39,019 bases of DNA from Balamuthia mandrillaris (taxonomy: Eukaryota): contig JAVKOQ020000116.1 in assembly GCA_031835245.2 (NCBI GenBank), positions 124,001-163,019 on the forward strand. The letters run 5' to 3'. The notes beneath the pieces are model-generated. The model worked only from the letters and a program-made list of their open reading frames with translations. It did no database searches and was not told the origin of the DNA. Each line of letters starts with the position of its first letter. Position 1 is the first letter of the stretch. Positions 22,294 to 36,103 of the stretch are shown here, in pieces. The position numbers were made by a program, and so were the translations under genes.

Positions 22294-25064
22294 ATGATGA
22301 AGAGAGAAGCAAGCAATGCAAACGGAAATGGCTTGGATACAACGGTCAACGTGTACCGGTGCAACAAAGGCGTGCGCAGAGTGGAGGGCCTTAAGAAACA
22401 ACAACTAGCAAATGGCACGGACGTTGCGGTGGTTCCCGCTGCTGTAAGCGTCCTTCTTAGTGACAACCACTTGGAATTCACGCTCGTGTTAGACACTGCG
22501 GCTTTACCAGGTGGCGAGGAAGAGGACACTTCACAAGCAGGCAGACAGGAATGGTTGGGTTTTTCTTACTTTGGGTACCTCGAAAATCTGAAACGCTGTT
22601 TTAGAAAGCCCTACCAAGACCTTCCCTCATTCTTTAAAATACTTCATGTACATCCCGCTGTTTCTATGCGCTATGCTCTCCCTGCTCTCTCCGCTCTTTC
22701 CTCTAACCTCCGTTTCATCTAGGAAAACATTACCTTCAGTTTTCCTTCACCTTTTACCAGCCCTTTCCTGCTCATTGGCGAAGAAAAGGCGTTTTGGCAG
22801 GTATGCTCACCATTTTGGCTTCTGAACATTTTACTCACCCACCAGATGCGTAGATATCCTCTCCTAAACCACCACATGGTATACTTGGTTTCATTCCCTT
22901 CCGTCCTGTTAACACTTTCCATTCCTTAAAGTCCCACCCCATACTTTCATTAGAGGTATGAGTTCGCGATCTTGTTTTTTTGCTTCTCTACCTCTTCTGC
23001 CTTCGCGACCTCTGCTGCTTCTTCTTCTTCTTTTTCTTCTTCTTGTTCTTCTTCTTCTTCTTCTTCTTCTTCTTCTTCCTCCTCCTCCTTCTCCTCTGAC
23101 CTCTTTTGCTTGATCCTATTCTTGCATTCTGCACTTACCAAGGGAGAGCATTACCCAGTGCTGAGCATGGCGACCACTGTAGACCGCAATAGCTTGTTGC
23201 TTCGCTCCCTTGAGTGCGATAAACTCTACACAGCCATGCTGAACAAATTCTTCTGCAAGCCTAGCGCCACGTACAGCACCAGTGCTCTTATTTCACTGCC
23301 GCCTGATATGGAATCGAATTTGGTGAATAGACACCTTTCAGATCGGCTTATTCAGGCCTTCCATCAGCACTCTTCTTTAGTCAATTTAACGAATGGTGGG
23401 AGTCATGAGGAGACTCCCGGCAACCATGATGTAAGTGGCAGCAGTAACAGCACACTAAACGGAAAAGAAGGTCAACCCACCAAAAGAAGCAAACCCAAAC
23501 AAGCACCTGTTTTTGTGTCTAACTTGTTGCTTTCCCATGGCACCTTTGTCCAACGTTGTGACCTCGTTTCTGTAAGCACGTCTTCCCTTGGAAAATCTCA
23601 GCTTGCACAGATCATACACCGCTTTCGACCAACACCAGCTCTTATCGATCATGCATCATCACACAATCTATTTCGTTCCCCGGACGCTGCCGGTGTTCAA
23701 GAGTTCAAAAAAGAGCTTAAAGCCTTCCTCAGCTCTGTATTGGTACTATCTCTTTCTATTCGTCGTTTTCTTCTATTCTCTCTCTTCGCCTCTAGTCTGC
23801 ATTCTGTTGTCCATCGTTATATCTGACATTGAGAATACAGAAAATAGAAGAAATAATTCACAGCCGGATCGCTATTTACAACCCCTTCCTTCTCACATGT
23901 GAGAATGTGTCAATGACATCCTCTTTGTTGGTGCCTCCATCTATAGATCAATGTCATACACGCCCAAGCGCTTGGCCTCCCCACAACAATAGCGTTATTG
24001 ATCCTGCGACCCACAAAAAGCCATCCTATCTTCTGTTTAGCCACAACGCAAGCTCATCTTCAATACTACATTTCAATAACGCTACAGAGATTCTTGACGA
24101 AGCACGCCGACAAGCCTCCCGTAACAAAAAACCCTTTTCCTTACCTCGCCAAGCAGTTTCATTGCCTTCCTCGCTGAAACCTGAAATGACAACTAAACGT
24201 GCTGGTATTGAAGCAGCCACTACTATCACGGAGCGATTGTGCTTACAACAATTGCTCACCCCGTCACTGCTATCCCACAGTCTTAATAATGGCAGCAGCC
24301 TCGCCCCTCATCTCAACAATATTCAGCCAGACCAGCAGACAAAATCTTCTAACCGAGTTCTCAGTAATGAATTGCGATCTCACCAGCAGCCGACTCCTAC
24401 TCACCCAAAACAACTCCCCAAAAGCCAAAACTTGCACCTAAGTAGCCCTCAGCTTATTGAAGATCCCATTAACTTACCAGCGACAGGTAACACTTCTGCA
24501 GGAGACCCATCCTTCCTAGACCCTTCCATTCTTCTCACTGGAAAGGCTGTGCATACAAATAACAACGCACCTCGTTCAAGCCCCTTTCCGCTACAAACAT
24601 CCCAACCTCCGCACCAACTTCCCCCTTTTTACCAAATGCAACAGGATGCAGCAATCAGCCCCATTACTGTCCCTTCAAACATTAACCCTCATATGATGGC
24701 AGAAGCTGTAGCATCTGCCATAGCAGCAATGGGGCTAAAGGGCAGCCATCATCAACCACAGAAGCACCACGGCCAAACGTCCAACACAAGAAGCAGTTCC
24801 CCCCTTTACCCTCAATCTGAACATACCGGAGCTGTTCCCTTCTCCAGGCCTGCCGTCAACCTTTCTCCTCACTTTAACACTCCACACTACCCACCACCAA
24901 CGGCACCTCCGACAGCCGCCTACTATCCCTTACCACTTCCACTACCAGCAGCAGCAGTGGTTACTGCTAACACAGCTCTTCCTCAACTCCGTCACCAGCA
25001 CGGCGACCACCGGCAAAGAACAGCAGGTCCTTACCCAACAGCCCCAGCAGTCGACATCAAGTAA
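22294..25064 (+). CDS. Multi-exon hypothetical protein with Pro/Gln/Ser-rich C-terminus (5' end uncertain)
   Basis: Phase-compatible GT-AG exons ...FFKILH | ENITFSF...KAFWQ | MRRYPLLNHHM | SHPILSLE | GEHYPVLSMA... | 411-aa terminal ORF. No domain recognised. Confidence 0.6.
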
Positions 25065-25184
25065 GGCCAATGTAGCAAAGCACAACACACCACCGTATTT
25101 AAGGAGAAATTGTAGCACGACGTGTGTTTACTTTTTGAAGAAAGAAAAACGAGCAGCAAAGAAAGTTTATGCACCAAACAAATT

Positions 25185-27438
25185 TTATAATCTTTGCGCC
25201 TCCTCTAAAGCGTGCGGTCCGGAAATGTTATCAAAGATAAGGTCACTGGCATTATGGGCTTGAGCTGTAAAGCCCGTCCCATTGGCGTACACTATAACGC
25301 GGAAAAAGTGGGCTGTGCTTTGCAGTTGGTCGAGGTACCAGGGTTTGCTGGAGGGCAGATCTCGTGGGGTAATGCCCAAGCACCCATCTCCCAGGTAGAG
25401 GGTGCCTGACGTTTCAGACGCTGTCCCATTCCTAAGCAGTTTGGTACGCTTGTACAGGTGGTCATGGTGCTCAAAAGCTATCGTTAACTGTGGCCGAAAA
25501 ATAAAAATAAAAACGAGGCGTGAGGGCTGGAAGGACAAAAGGAGCAAGCATTTGTGTACCTTATGTTTATCAAAAAGTGACAGCCAGTTATCCCTCAAGG
25601 TGTCCTGATCGTCGTCTGATTCTCTGGATGGATAGAGGGGCACGTGATAGGTCGCCTGTGCAGATGTGTGTGGTTGCATTGGTAGTAGAGGTTTGTTTGA
25701 ACAAAGAAAAGCATTGGTAAGTTAGTCATGCCTCACATAGAGCACCAAGGCGAGCAGAAATACCAATCGGGTAGGCCTGTTTTTGTTCTGGTTAAGCTGT
25801 TCGTCAATCCAGCTCTTTTGCGAAGAAGGAGAGGCCACGTGACCAGTGTCCAGAGCGAGAACAATGGTATGATTAGCCAGCAAATGGGAAGCAAAAGTTT
25901 TTCTGTGATTCCAATTTGTGTCCAAGCCTCTCTCACGGGGAAAATAGGCTTGAAAATAGGGAGCTTCGGGCGCGCTGTAGCCTGCTTCATGGTTGCCAAT
26001 AGACACTAACAAAGGCAACATGCGACCTTGCGGTGACGTGGTGTGCTTACTCCAGGACTGCAACCACTGGTCCCAACGATGATAGCAGGTGGCCAAGGCG
26101 TTGGCATAGGCGATATCCCCTCCTATCATCATGAATTGTAGCTCCTGGTGAGACCCTAGCAAGCGCATAAAGTCTTCTGAGCCAGACTCAAAGCCTATGT
26201 CTCCTCCAGCCCCAAATATTAAGTCTACATCAAAGAGGAGAACACGTTAGGCACTTGTGTAAGAGCATGAACGTGATTACTAAATCGGTACCTCTTTCCG
26301 ATGTGGCAGGTAAGGTCTTGAACCAACGCTCCTGGGTATAGTGTTCAATGTCATCTCCGCCACCAGCGATGAAGTAATAGATAGTGTCTGGTTGAAGGTC
26401 CAACAATTCCGCCCAGTGGACATACCGCTGGTGCTCTTCAATGAAATGGAACCGGAAAGACTTAGCAGTAACTGAGGAATTGTACAAGGCAAAACCGTTG
26501 GCACTTCCTTCGTGGGCGTGAGACACAGTGTCGTAGTACACCTGTTAAACAAAGAGAGATTCGAATCGGGCTCAGAAAAAAACACAATAAAACCAGGTGA
26601 GGTGCAGGAGCAGGAGAGGGCTACCTTGGCGTGAGAAAGAGGGGTAGAGGTATGAAAATTTACAATGATTTCGTGGGATGTGTTATGGGTTAGAGTAAGG
26701 TAAAGGTGGCAAGGAAGAGACTGTTTAGGGCAGAGGCTGTCCTCAAACGAACGGGAGAACCGCGTGGAAAAAGCCAAGGGGTGAGAGCACACGCACACAC
26801 CCGAGGTTAGGTAGATAGTGAGGAAAGAGAAAATAAATAAAGAGGCAAGACCTGCGCATGCAATCATAAACCCAGAACAAAAAATGGGTTAGATAACGAC
26901 TTCAAAAGGAAGAAGATAGCCATTAACAGCAAAGGAAAACCCACCAATGTAGAAGAAGAGGAGCCGTTTGACCCGTTTTCGGTCCAGCTTTGTTTTTTTC
27001 GGAGGAGTTATAGTGCCGTCTGTGAGCTCTGTGTCCTCATTCTCGTTCACTGGGTCTTGAATGTTATTTACAATGAAAGCTTCGGTGGAGGTGCTACTCT
27101 CGTGCCCAGTAAACTTATTGACAACCAACCGAAAAGCTTGTTTTACGTAACCAGGTGCACGCTGAATTGCACCAAAGCGAGGACCATGACGACGCCTTGA
27201 CTGCGGTAGAGGTTGAAAAGCATGCTCTTGCTCCACGCTTCCCATGAACAGAACTAACCAGTCGAGAAAGGATAAGGTTATTCGGGGTTCTTCTTTTCTT
27301 TCACACCCACGAGAGAAAGAAAGAAAGAAAGAAACGACAAGAAACGACAAGAAACGACAAGAAAGAAACAACAAGAAAGAAACGACAAGAAAGTAACGGC
27401 AAGAAAGAAATGACAAGAAAGAAACGACAAGAAACGAC

Positions 27439-27480
<42 letters not shown>

Positions 27481-28051
27481 GGACTGATAATACTGGTAGG
27501 AGAAAAGAGTATCCAGCTGAACCACAAAACGCCACACATGGCTATTATGGCGAATGGTTCACTTACAAAGTCCCACGCTGCGCTGGTTAAGGCTCCATAA
27601 CATACAGACAAGGTCATGGACCACAGGCATAGGTGTATCAGTGCATAGACAGCTCTGTGCATGACGCGGCGCCGTTGTTGTGCCTCCGCTGTCAGAGCAA
27701 AGGCCGTAGTGGTGCTTGTTGCAGCCTCTCCCAAAGAGGGGCTCATCAGTTCTTCTCCTTCTTCGGTCTCGGCATAGCTTTCGATCCTAGTTTGTTCTTC
27801 CTCTTCCCCTTCGTCGGCTTCGCTCAAGGAGCATGAAGCACTATCTGTTCTTTCAGTGAGCGTCTCCTCTTCTTCTTGTTCATCTTCTTGCGGAAGGTTC
27901 TTTCCATAGTGCTTAGGTTCAAGCCCTTCTCGCGGTTTGCGCTTTCTACTAAGGTCCCATGCCGTTGCTATCACAATCAAAACCAACACGTTCAACCCGA
28001 AGACTGCTCATTCGTTCATGCACAGAGATATTAGTTGGGCTACATGAAGTG

Positions 28052-28093
<42 letters not shown>

Positions 28094-28166
28094 CATTACA
28101 AACTATGCCTGGCAGGGAAGTCCAGAAAAACATCTGTTCCCGAAACGTGGCAAAGTCATGGCTCAT
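25185..28166 (-). CDS. Purple acid phosphatase-like metallophosphoesterase with multi-TM N-terminus
   Basis: PCHLYLT...HWAELLDLQPDTIYYF (FN3-like PAP N-domain); GGDIG, GGDIAY, GNHE, YHVPLYP, EHHDH, LGDG. Upstream exons are hydrophobic; start codon inferred. Confidence 0.85.
27316..27477. repeat. Intronic compound repeat (AAGAAACGAC)n + (AG)n
   Basis: Directly visible; generates spurious F/L/S-rich ORFs. Confidence 0.9.
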
Positions 28167-28307
28167 CGTGGGAGAGTGGCAGGTAGGGTTGGCCAGAGGA
28201 GGATGGTGATGATTCCTTACTCAGCAACAAAGTGCGCAAGTCGGACGGCAGGCAGAAGCACTTTGGTTTTGTGTAATGGCTCTGCTTTTTTCTTTGCCCC
28301 ACCACTG

Positions 28308-28342
<35 letters not shown>

Positions 28343-28511
28343 CTTCCCTGTAATTCTTGTGTTGCGGTTGTGGTGGTGGTGGTGGTTTGATTTCGCTCAA
28401 AAATTCAAAATTATTGGTGATTATTTCAAATTATTGACAATGATCGCGGAAATAAAAAGAGGGTTTTCCATCCGAATAAAATAATTATTATTATATTTGT
28501 TATTATTGTTA

Positions 28512-29838
28512 TTATTCAATGCGACGGATAACAGGAAAGGAGGCAGCGGAAGCTATGCCGCACATGTTATCCTCGTTGCGAGAGAGATAAAAGTACCCGC
28601 CGTCTCCCCACTCAGTACCAAACGAGTTTTTGAGAATCCAATAGTCCTTATCAGCATCGGAGCCGTAGCCCACCAGCAGCATGGCATGGGAAGGGGTGTT
28701 CCTGGCACAGTTGTAATCCCGGAATATGCCACTGCGATAGAACTGGAACGCCCTGTTGGTAGCGTCGATGCCAACAGCCACAGGACCCACCGATGCCACC
28801 ACTCTTGTAAGGGTCGCCTCGCTGCCCATTGGGATCTCCTCGAATGCGTCAATGGTGGTGACCACCGAACTCTTAGGGTAGGCACACTCCGCCTGAGTGC
28901 CATTGTAGGGGTATGTCAACTGGCGAAGAATTCCTCTGTCCCTAGCAAACTCAAAAGCCTGAATAAGCCCCACCGTCATGGTAAAGAAATGGTATTAGTC
29001 TCCGGATATTCTTGCGATGGACGGCAGGTCGGTAGTAATGGTTACACGTAATGAGTCGAACAAAGAAAACATACATTGAGTGGGGTACCACCGCGGCAGC
29101 CTTTGGATCCGTACTTTTCCCCGCAGTCAACCACATGCTGCTCAGAGAGGGTTTGAAGGAGGTTGTTAACCCTGGCATAGGCACTCTCCACTGCCCCTAC
29201 AGCCGCAAAGGCCCAAGCAGACGCACATTTTAGCTGGTTTTTAACGCCGGTGACGATACCTTTGGCTCGCCAATCCACAGAGGGTGGTAAACCCGACATT
29301 ATCTTGCTCTCCTTGGCCGGCTTTAGTTGTGGCAGGCGAAGGTGCAACAACTGTCCATCCACCCCGAAACCTGTGTACTCGGCGTGAAACTCTTCTGGTG
29401 ATATATCTCCAAACTCGTTCATCTCCACTGTTTGTAATGAAGGGTGACATGCAAAACCACCCAAGGGCATGTCTTTGGTTAGCACCAGCACCATTATAGA
29501 ATAGGGGATGGGAACAAAAACGTACATTGCACTCCAGTTAGTTCAGTTTGAAAACGGTTGTACTTCATGATGTACTCTTTGTTTTGTTTCCATATCTCGT
29601 AACGGTTCACCAACTCGGTGTGGGTCTCATACTCTTTGTTGAACCTCTTAGTCCATTTAACGAACGCCTTCTTGGCATAGAGGTCCTCGTCCTGGATCAC
29701 TGAATTTGGTTTCGGCGCTACTCTCTCTCTACTTCGGCCGCCCACCGTAACCGAGTGTTCTCCCACGCCTGCCTCGGCAACCCCCACGGCCAAAACCATC
29801 AGAGAGACGAGAAGCAATACAAAACGAAGCTCTTTCAT
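28512..29838 (-). CDS. Cathepsin-L-like (papain family C1A) protein with catalytic Cys replaced by Ala
   Basis: Signal peptide; I29 prodomain (ELVNRYEIWKQNKEYIMKYN, MNEFGD); LPPSVDWR, KNQLKCASAWAF, SHAMLLVGYG, YWILKNSFG, NMCGIAS. Confidence 0.92.
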
Positions 29839-30160
29839 TTAGTACCAGCAGAACGAAGGTTTTCCCCCAGTTTTTCGGTTGTGCTATTCTCTTCCAACGG
29901 GGTGGGGTGCAGGCACTTTCTTCTCGAAAGGTCACGGATGACGTGTAATGTGCCTTTTAAAGGAATAAATTAATTATATATATCTATAACAACAATTATT
30001 ATTTGAATGCTCTCCAACGCAACCCAACAGTCCCAACACACAAGAAGAAGCACAACGACCGGGCACCCTCCTCATTGTGAAACACGAAGAAGCCACAAAG
30101 GAGGAGCTCCCCCCTTCTGAGGAACAAACAAAACGCAGCCAGCACCAAACCACCAACGTG

Positions 30161-31045
30161 ATGGACCTGTTCCGAGCGATTGTCCAAAAATCCAAGCCAA
30201 GGAAAGGCGCGGTTCGACTCGCCGACTCGGACCAAGGCCCCCGGTCCTCCTCCCCCAAGCGAGACACGCCGGAGGAAGCAAACCAGGAGGGGGAGGAGGA
30301 CCTGGCCTTTCAACTCCGGTTGGACTTGTACAAAGCCGGCCGTGTGGACAGCGAAAACAATTTCATGAGTATGATGCGGAAATGGGCTCCCAAACCCACC
30401 GCTGGTGGAACAGCAGCAGGAAAGGAGGAAGGTCTCTCCCCGCAACACCCCGGAAAGGTCCAGAAGCTGAGAGAGCTGACGGAGGACATGGAAGACGAGA
30501 TGGCAAGAAAGGCCATGGAAAAATGGTATAACGAGCTGCATAAGCTTGCTCAGGACGAGAAGAGAAAGCAAAAAGGAAGCCTCGTTCGTAACTTTTCCTC
30601 TCCGAACCTGAGGAGAAGGGCCTTGGGACTTGAACTCACTGCCCTGATGAAAGACGACCAGAAAGAGGAGGAAGAGGAGGAGCTGGAACTTGAACCTGCT
30701 CCTCTTACTCACCGAGAGTACACCCCGCATGACAAAGAACGACAGCAGCAGCAGGTCGAGGACCATCATCGCAAGGTAAAGAAACACCGCCGTCGCCATC
30801 GCCAGCGGCACAGAAAAGAGGAGGCCTGTCAAGGAGAACATGAAGAAGCCAGCCGAGAGCGTCGTCGTCATCGTCGCCGTCGCCGAACCCGTCAGAAGTT
30901 GGTGGAAGACTCTGCCACCAACCCAACACGTTATCTGCCTCACAAGGAACAACGACTGCAACCACAACCACGGAAACAAGAAGACGAACAAAGAGCGATG
31001 GTAAGGATGAGGCGCCACCGCTCCACCAGCGATGCTGACCCTTAG
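30161..31045 (+). CDS. Hypothetical charged, low-complexity protein
   Basis: Long open frame with GC-rich third positions, Glu runs and Arg/His tracts; no domain recognised; start uncertain. Confidence 0.6.
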   Translation: MDLFRAIVQKSKPRKGAVRLADSDQGPRSSSPKRDTPEEANQEGEEDLAFQLRLDLYKAGRVDSENNFMSMMRKWAPKPTAGGTAAGKEEGLSPQHPGKVQKLRELTEDMEDEMARKAMEKWYNELHKLAQDEKRKQKGSLVRNFSSPNLRRRALGLELTALMKDDQKEEEEEELELEPAPLTHREYTPHDKERQQQQVEDHHRKVKKHRRRHRQRHRKEEACQGEHEEASRERRRHRRRRRTRQKLVEDSATNPTRYLPHKEQRLQPQPRKQEDEQRAMVRMRRHRSTSDADP

Positions 31046-31145
31046 AAAACTTGTTGATCAACAAGCAGATGCAAACCACACTATGTGAAAGATTAGTCAA
31101 ACGAGTGTCAATAAAAGAGTGTAAACTTGCTGTAGTTGATATCTC

Positions 31146-31182
<37 letters not shown>

Positions 31183-31244
31183 CTCGCCCTTTCCTCTCCT
31201 TGCATCTCCGTTTGTGGGGTGAACAGAAGTGGAGGTTGAAACAA

Positions 31245-32768
31245 TTATTTGTCAACAAGCCTCTCATTGGTTAGAGTTGCATTAGGAAGAGAAGATGGAA
31301 GCAAGGCCTCCAGGTTCGCAAGGTGAGTGCTGTTGAGGTGTTCCACGTACTCCTTGTGGCGTTGGAAAAGTTCGTCGAATTGCTGCTTTTGCTGCTTTAG
31401 AGCAAGGTGAAGCGTTTCTTGCCACAGTGACCGTTGGTTCGTGAGTAAAGTCGCATTTATCTCCTTCATTTTATCGAGATAGGTGTTGTTTTTGTCTGCA
31501 ACCTCCAGCAAAATGTCTTGAAAGTGTTCCTGGGCTGTTGTCAAAAGCTGTTCTTTGCGTGCGTTTTCCTTACGTAGTTCACCGATTTCCTCTCGTAACC
31601 GCTCCACGCTCTCAACAAGAGCTTGGTATGGCGCTAGCTGTGATGGTGGCTCGCTGTTGTAGTGTGTCTGTACGTCCATAGGTGTTTCGTTGCTTCCTTC
31701 ATCTTTTCCCTCTTCCTTGTCCGCCTCCTTTCCTTCCACTTCTGCCACTGTTTCCTCCTTTTCTTCCTGTTCTGCTTCCTTTCCTTCATCTATCTGATGT
31801 GTAGGGGATGCTACCCGTTGTGAGGCTAGAGATGAAGCTTCTGACACAGTCTCCTCCTCTTCCTTATTCTCCGTCTCCTGATCCTCTTGCTGCTGCTCGT
31901 TCTCCTTTTTGTCTTCCTCTATTACATCCGTTATCTGTTTCTCCTCCTGCTCCTCCTTTTCTTTCTCTTGATTCTCCTTCTCTTTGTCTTGTTCTGGCCG
32001 CTCCTCCATCTTTTCTTCCTCTCTCTCTTTCCCCTCCTTTTCGATAGGTGCGTTTTCGTGGTTTATGTCGGTTGGCCTCTCAAACAGTGCCGCCTCCGCA
32101 CTGCTTTTCGGTAGTTCTAAAGTAACAACATCTCCATAATAGCTGGTTCGCTTGCGAGCTCTTTTTCCTGCAATGATCAACGGCGAATCCAAGGTAAATC
32201 CCTCTTTTTGAGTCTTGGTTCGCTTTTGCTTGGAGCGCTGTTCGTTTGAATTGTTATCACTTTCTGACCTTCTCTTTCTTTTTTTCTCACCCTGTTCGTT
32301 TTTGTTCTTCCGCTCTTTATCCGGTTCCTCTCCATCCGTGGAGCGGCGCCGTTCCTTTGTTCTATCTGTAAGACAGATTACGGGTCGGTAAGTGGTGCTG
32401 GTTTCAAAGCGTTTGCATTGAAATGAAGGGCGGAGGACTTGGCCTTACCCCTTCCATTTTCAGACCCCTTTCTCTTCTCTTTCTTCTTTTTCCTTGAATC
32501 CTCTTTGTCATCTCCTTGTCGCTCATGCTGGGTGCTGTTGGCTTTTGACATCTCAGAGCTTGTTTCTGGAAAGGAATGATTATGAAGGGCCTGCTCTGCC
32601 TTTTGGTGCCAGTCCTTAGCTTCTTCCAAAGCCTTTAGGAAGGTCTTGTTCCTCAATTGGCGCCTCATTGTCGTTAGGGGAGGCAGAAAGGGTTCTATAT
32701 CCACCTGCTTTACCCATTCGCTGCAAAGAGTTTAGCCTCCAACCGAAGGCCGTTTACTGTGCTGTCTC

Positions 32769-32805
<37 letters not shown>

Positions 32806-33188
32806 GTCTCTTCTTCCTTCTAGTGGGGGTACGTACATTGAATCTCTGCCAAAGATGGTGACACAAACAGAGTCCTCCGGTACATGAGCTTTCCTGTTGC
32901 TCAGCATCTGTTCTCTTGTGGAGTCTTCCACAACCTGCAGGCAGTGCACAACAACCCAAAATGAACGCTCGCTTCGCTTGAGAGCCCACAACACTGCTCA
33001 ACAAAACTCACAAACACAAACAACAAGGAGGTGGTTGTCTTACGCGAGCAGGCCAATAGTGCCCTTGGTCATCCTTGGGCAAGACCCACACGGTGTGCGG
33101 GTACTTCCAGCCGCCCTCAGGGGGTGGGTAGTGCCGCACTGGCCGTTTCCCTATTATTTATTTGTTGATCAACGTGAACACAGAGGGG

Positions 33189-33219
<31 letters not shown>

Positions 33220-33341
33220 AGGAGAGGAGAGAGAGCGAGAAACACGAACGGGTGCTCATCGGTACTTTTGTTCGTCTGCTTTTTTCTGTTTTGCTCTTCT
33301 CTCGTGTGTGTGGTCGACAGAAATGTTTGTTGAGGGGTCAT
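31245..33341 (-). CDS. PWWP-domain protein with acidic region and C-terminal coiled coil
   Basis: Spliced exons HTVWVLPKDDQGHYWPAR | ...VCVTIFGRDSM | EWVKQVDIEPF...FLKALEEAKDW follow the PWWP pattern. Confidence 0.78.
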
Positions 33342-33650
33342 TCTTCTTGTCGAGGGGAATCTCGGGAAGGGAAGGGCAGAGCAAGGGACCACCACATCGA
33401 GTTTACTCACTTGTGTGACTTTTAATCCATCAGAGCAAGGGGCCACCACCACCACCACATCGCAATGCCCAGGACAGCACGGGAGAAAGAACAGGGGGAG
33501 GACGAAGCGATGAACAAACAACTACAACAACAATAGCTTTATCTCATAGCTTAACCTATGTTTGTAGGTTTATTATTATTTTTGGTTGTTTGTTCGTTCG
33601 TTGAGAAGGGAAGGGGAGGGGAGGGGAGGGGATCGGGACCCGACCGGCCT

Positions 33651-36103
33651 TTAGTGGCAGTGGTGGCCGTCGTGGCCGCAGCAGGAGGAGCCAGAGGACA
33701 CCTTTAGCTTTTCCTGGAAGACCACGCCGAGCTTGTCCAGTTCATGGGGAGCCTTTTGCAAGAGGCCTTGAATGGCCCAACTCACATTCTCTTTGAGATG
33801 CTCTCCCATTCGTATCTTACCACAGTCAAAGTCCACTAATATCTGCACGAGAGAGAGAAGGGGATGAGCCAACCATACGAAGACAGCGTCCCAAATAACC
33901 TACCTGAAGCAGCTTGGGAGTATGGCATACAGCAGCGGCTCCCTGTTCTGTCTCCACAAAGTTGGCGATGACGGCCAACGCGTTGACCTGGATTTCTCGG
34001 ACGGTGCCATCGAGTAACGTGCAGAGTATGTCCAGGAAGGAGGGATGCTCGTCCATGATCTTGGAAAGGAGGCTAGGCACCGACGTAAAGAGGAACAGCA
34101 GTAAACAAATGTGACGGAGCATATAGGCCTCGTTGCTGGGATAACGGATGGTGGATGGCTTGCTCGCTGTCATGGCTCTCAGCAGTTGTGGCAATAGCTC
34201 TTGGCACTGCCGCTCCAGCAAAAGTTTCGCTTTCTGTTCCTCGGGATTCTCCTGTTCGTTAGACTGACTCGAGGCTTCGTTGGCACCATCGTGGTGGTGG
34301 CTTCCCTGCTCCTCTGCCGCCTTTTTAGCCTGCCTTTGTAGCTCTGCGTCCAGTAAATACAATGCCCTGCAGCCGTAGGATATCGTGTGGGCGTCGCCAC
34401 GACAATCGCGCACACCACTAACAAGAGCATCCAGCCCAAGTGCTGCTACAATTGCTGACCGATTATCTTCCACAAAGGCCATGCTTGACAGAAGGCTCAC
34501 TCCTGCTCGAACAACCTCCACTTGTGTCTTCATGCTTCTAGTCACTGAGTACAAAAAAAAAATGAGCAAGAGAAAAGAAGGAAACAAAAACAGCAAGAAG
34601 ATATGAGCTAGCAACTGAAGGGAAGACCGTACGAGGAGCATCCTCACTGGTGTTGGCTAGGCGTGATGCTATGTCTTGAATTAGCCTACAGCAAACAATA
34701 CATCCTCCACTCCGAATAATGATAGAACCCATCTTTCCTTCTTTCACCACATTCTCGAACGAGTCAGAATGACTGAGTGCGTAGAGAAGATCCAGAACTA
34801 ACGTCTTTGTTGCCAGCAGAGCCTCATCAAACCCTTGCTCCTCTTTCTTTGCGTTTCCTTCCCGTTCGCCAGCCTTTTCATCATTGCCTTCGCTTGCTTT
34901 CCGCATAAGTAACATTATCAGATTCTTCACCACGTTGCTCTTTGTAACCCTATCTCGCAGCACCTTCCAGCAATCTTCCGATTGATTCGCACAGGCTTCA
35001 CATATCTTCATGAGAGCCATGCAAGATGATCCTTTCAACGATAGACTGAACGAGTGATTTAGCTTCTGTTCTTTCCATGTCTCTGTCAGGAAAGTAAGGA
35101 TAAGCTCCAATGCAGAAGTTCCTCCTTCAGCAAGGGCCAACGCGTTCCCTCCCAGAGTCAGGAAGGAACGGTAGGAGGTATCGTTGGCAAAGGTCAAGAC
35201 GATGTTAGCCACTCCCAACAGCAGCTTTTCCGTGTATTCGTTGTTTCGTTCACCTTCACCCTGAGGTGCAGCTCCCGAGGCCAGGTCCCGCAATAGCGTT
35301 TCACCTAGGGTGAGAGCTTGCTTGAATACACCTCGCCTAAACAACTCCGACTTGTTGCACAGAGCTATCTTATTTAAGGCGTTGAGGGCCATCGGCTGGA
35401 ACCCTTTATCCAGTTCTGCTGCTTGCCTTTAGTTCAACGACAACAATAAGTGAGTAATAAAGTTGGCCTCCCTTCGAGCTTCTTACTTCTGGACTAATGT
35501 TTGTTTCTTCTTTTTTGTCTCGTCACTCTCTCCCGTATCTTCTCTTCTATTCTTCGCTTCCTCTTCTCTTCTGTTCATCCCTTCACGTCTTTGCTTACCC
35601 AAAAGATAGAGAGCACAAAAGTGTAAGAGCACCAACGCTGTTGTGCAGAATGCGTGTTTTGGTGCGGCTGTGCCACGCCAGGTTGTCCAAGGCCAGCATG
35701 GCATGTTGGCGCTTGAGTAGGTCCTGGTTGGAGTCCTCCACGAGTGCCACGAGTCGCCTCATCTTTGTGGTGAGGGTCTTGTCGCTAAGCGTCTTCCAGT
35801 TGGCAGGAAACACGTCCGTTACTGCCTCCACAAGAGAGAGAGAGAGAGAGAGGCAAAAGTTGGTTAACTCGGCAGTTTTAAAACGGAGGGTGGAGGGCGA
35901 AGCGAACCTGCACTGAGGCTTCTTTCGGCCAAAGGATCGGCATGGAAATGATTGGAAGCATCGGTGGTGACCGCCGGGGCTGACTGGTTCACGAGCCTGT
36001 GCTCAGCTACCTTCCCTCCTCCTCCTCCCGAAGAAGAAGAAGCGGAAGCGGCGGAGGAGGCCTTCCCCGAAGGGCTTGCACCAGAAGAAGAACTTCCTTC
36101 CAT
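33651..36103 (-). CDS. Armadillo/HEAT-like helical repeat protein (multi-exon)
   Basis: Leu-rich helical repeats, e.g. RQHAMLALDNLAWHSRTKTRILHNSVG, SLLSSMAFVEDNRSAIVAALGLDALV, IQVNALAVIANF. Confidence 0.7.

Noticed and set aside
27278..28484. ORFs rich in SLSL, RERE or poly-C/W
   Set aside because: Translations of microsatellites in introns and UTRs.
29999..31018. 339-aa hydrophobic minus-strand ORF
   Set aside because: Antisense shadow of the charged plus-strand ORF.
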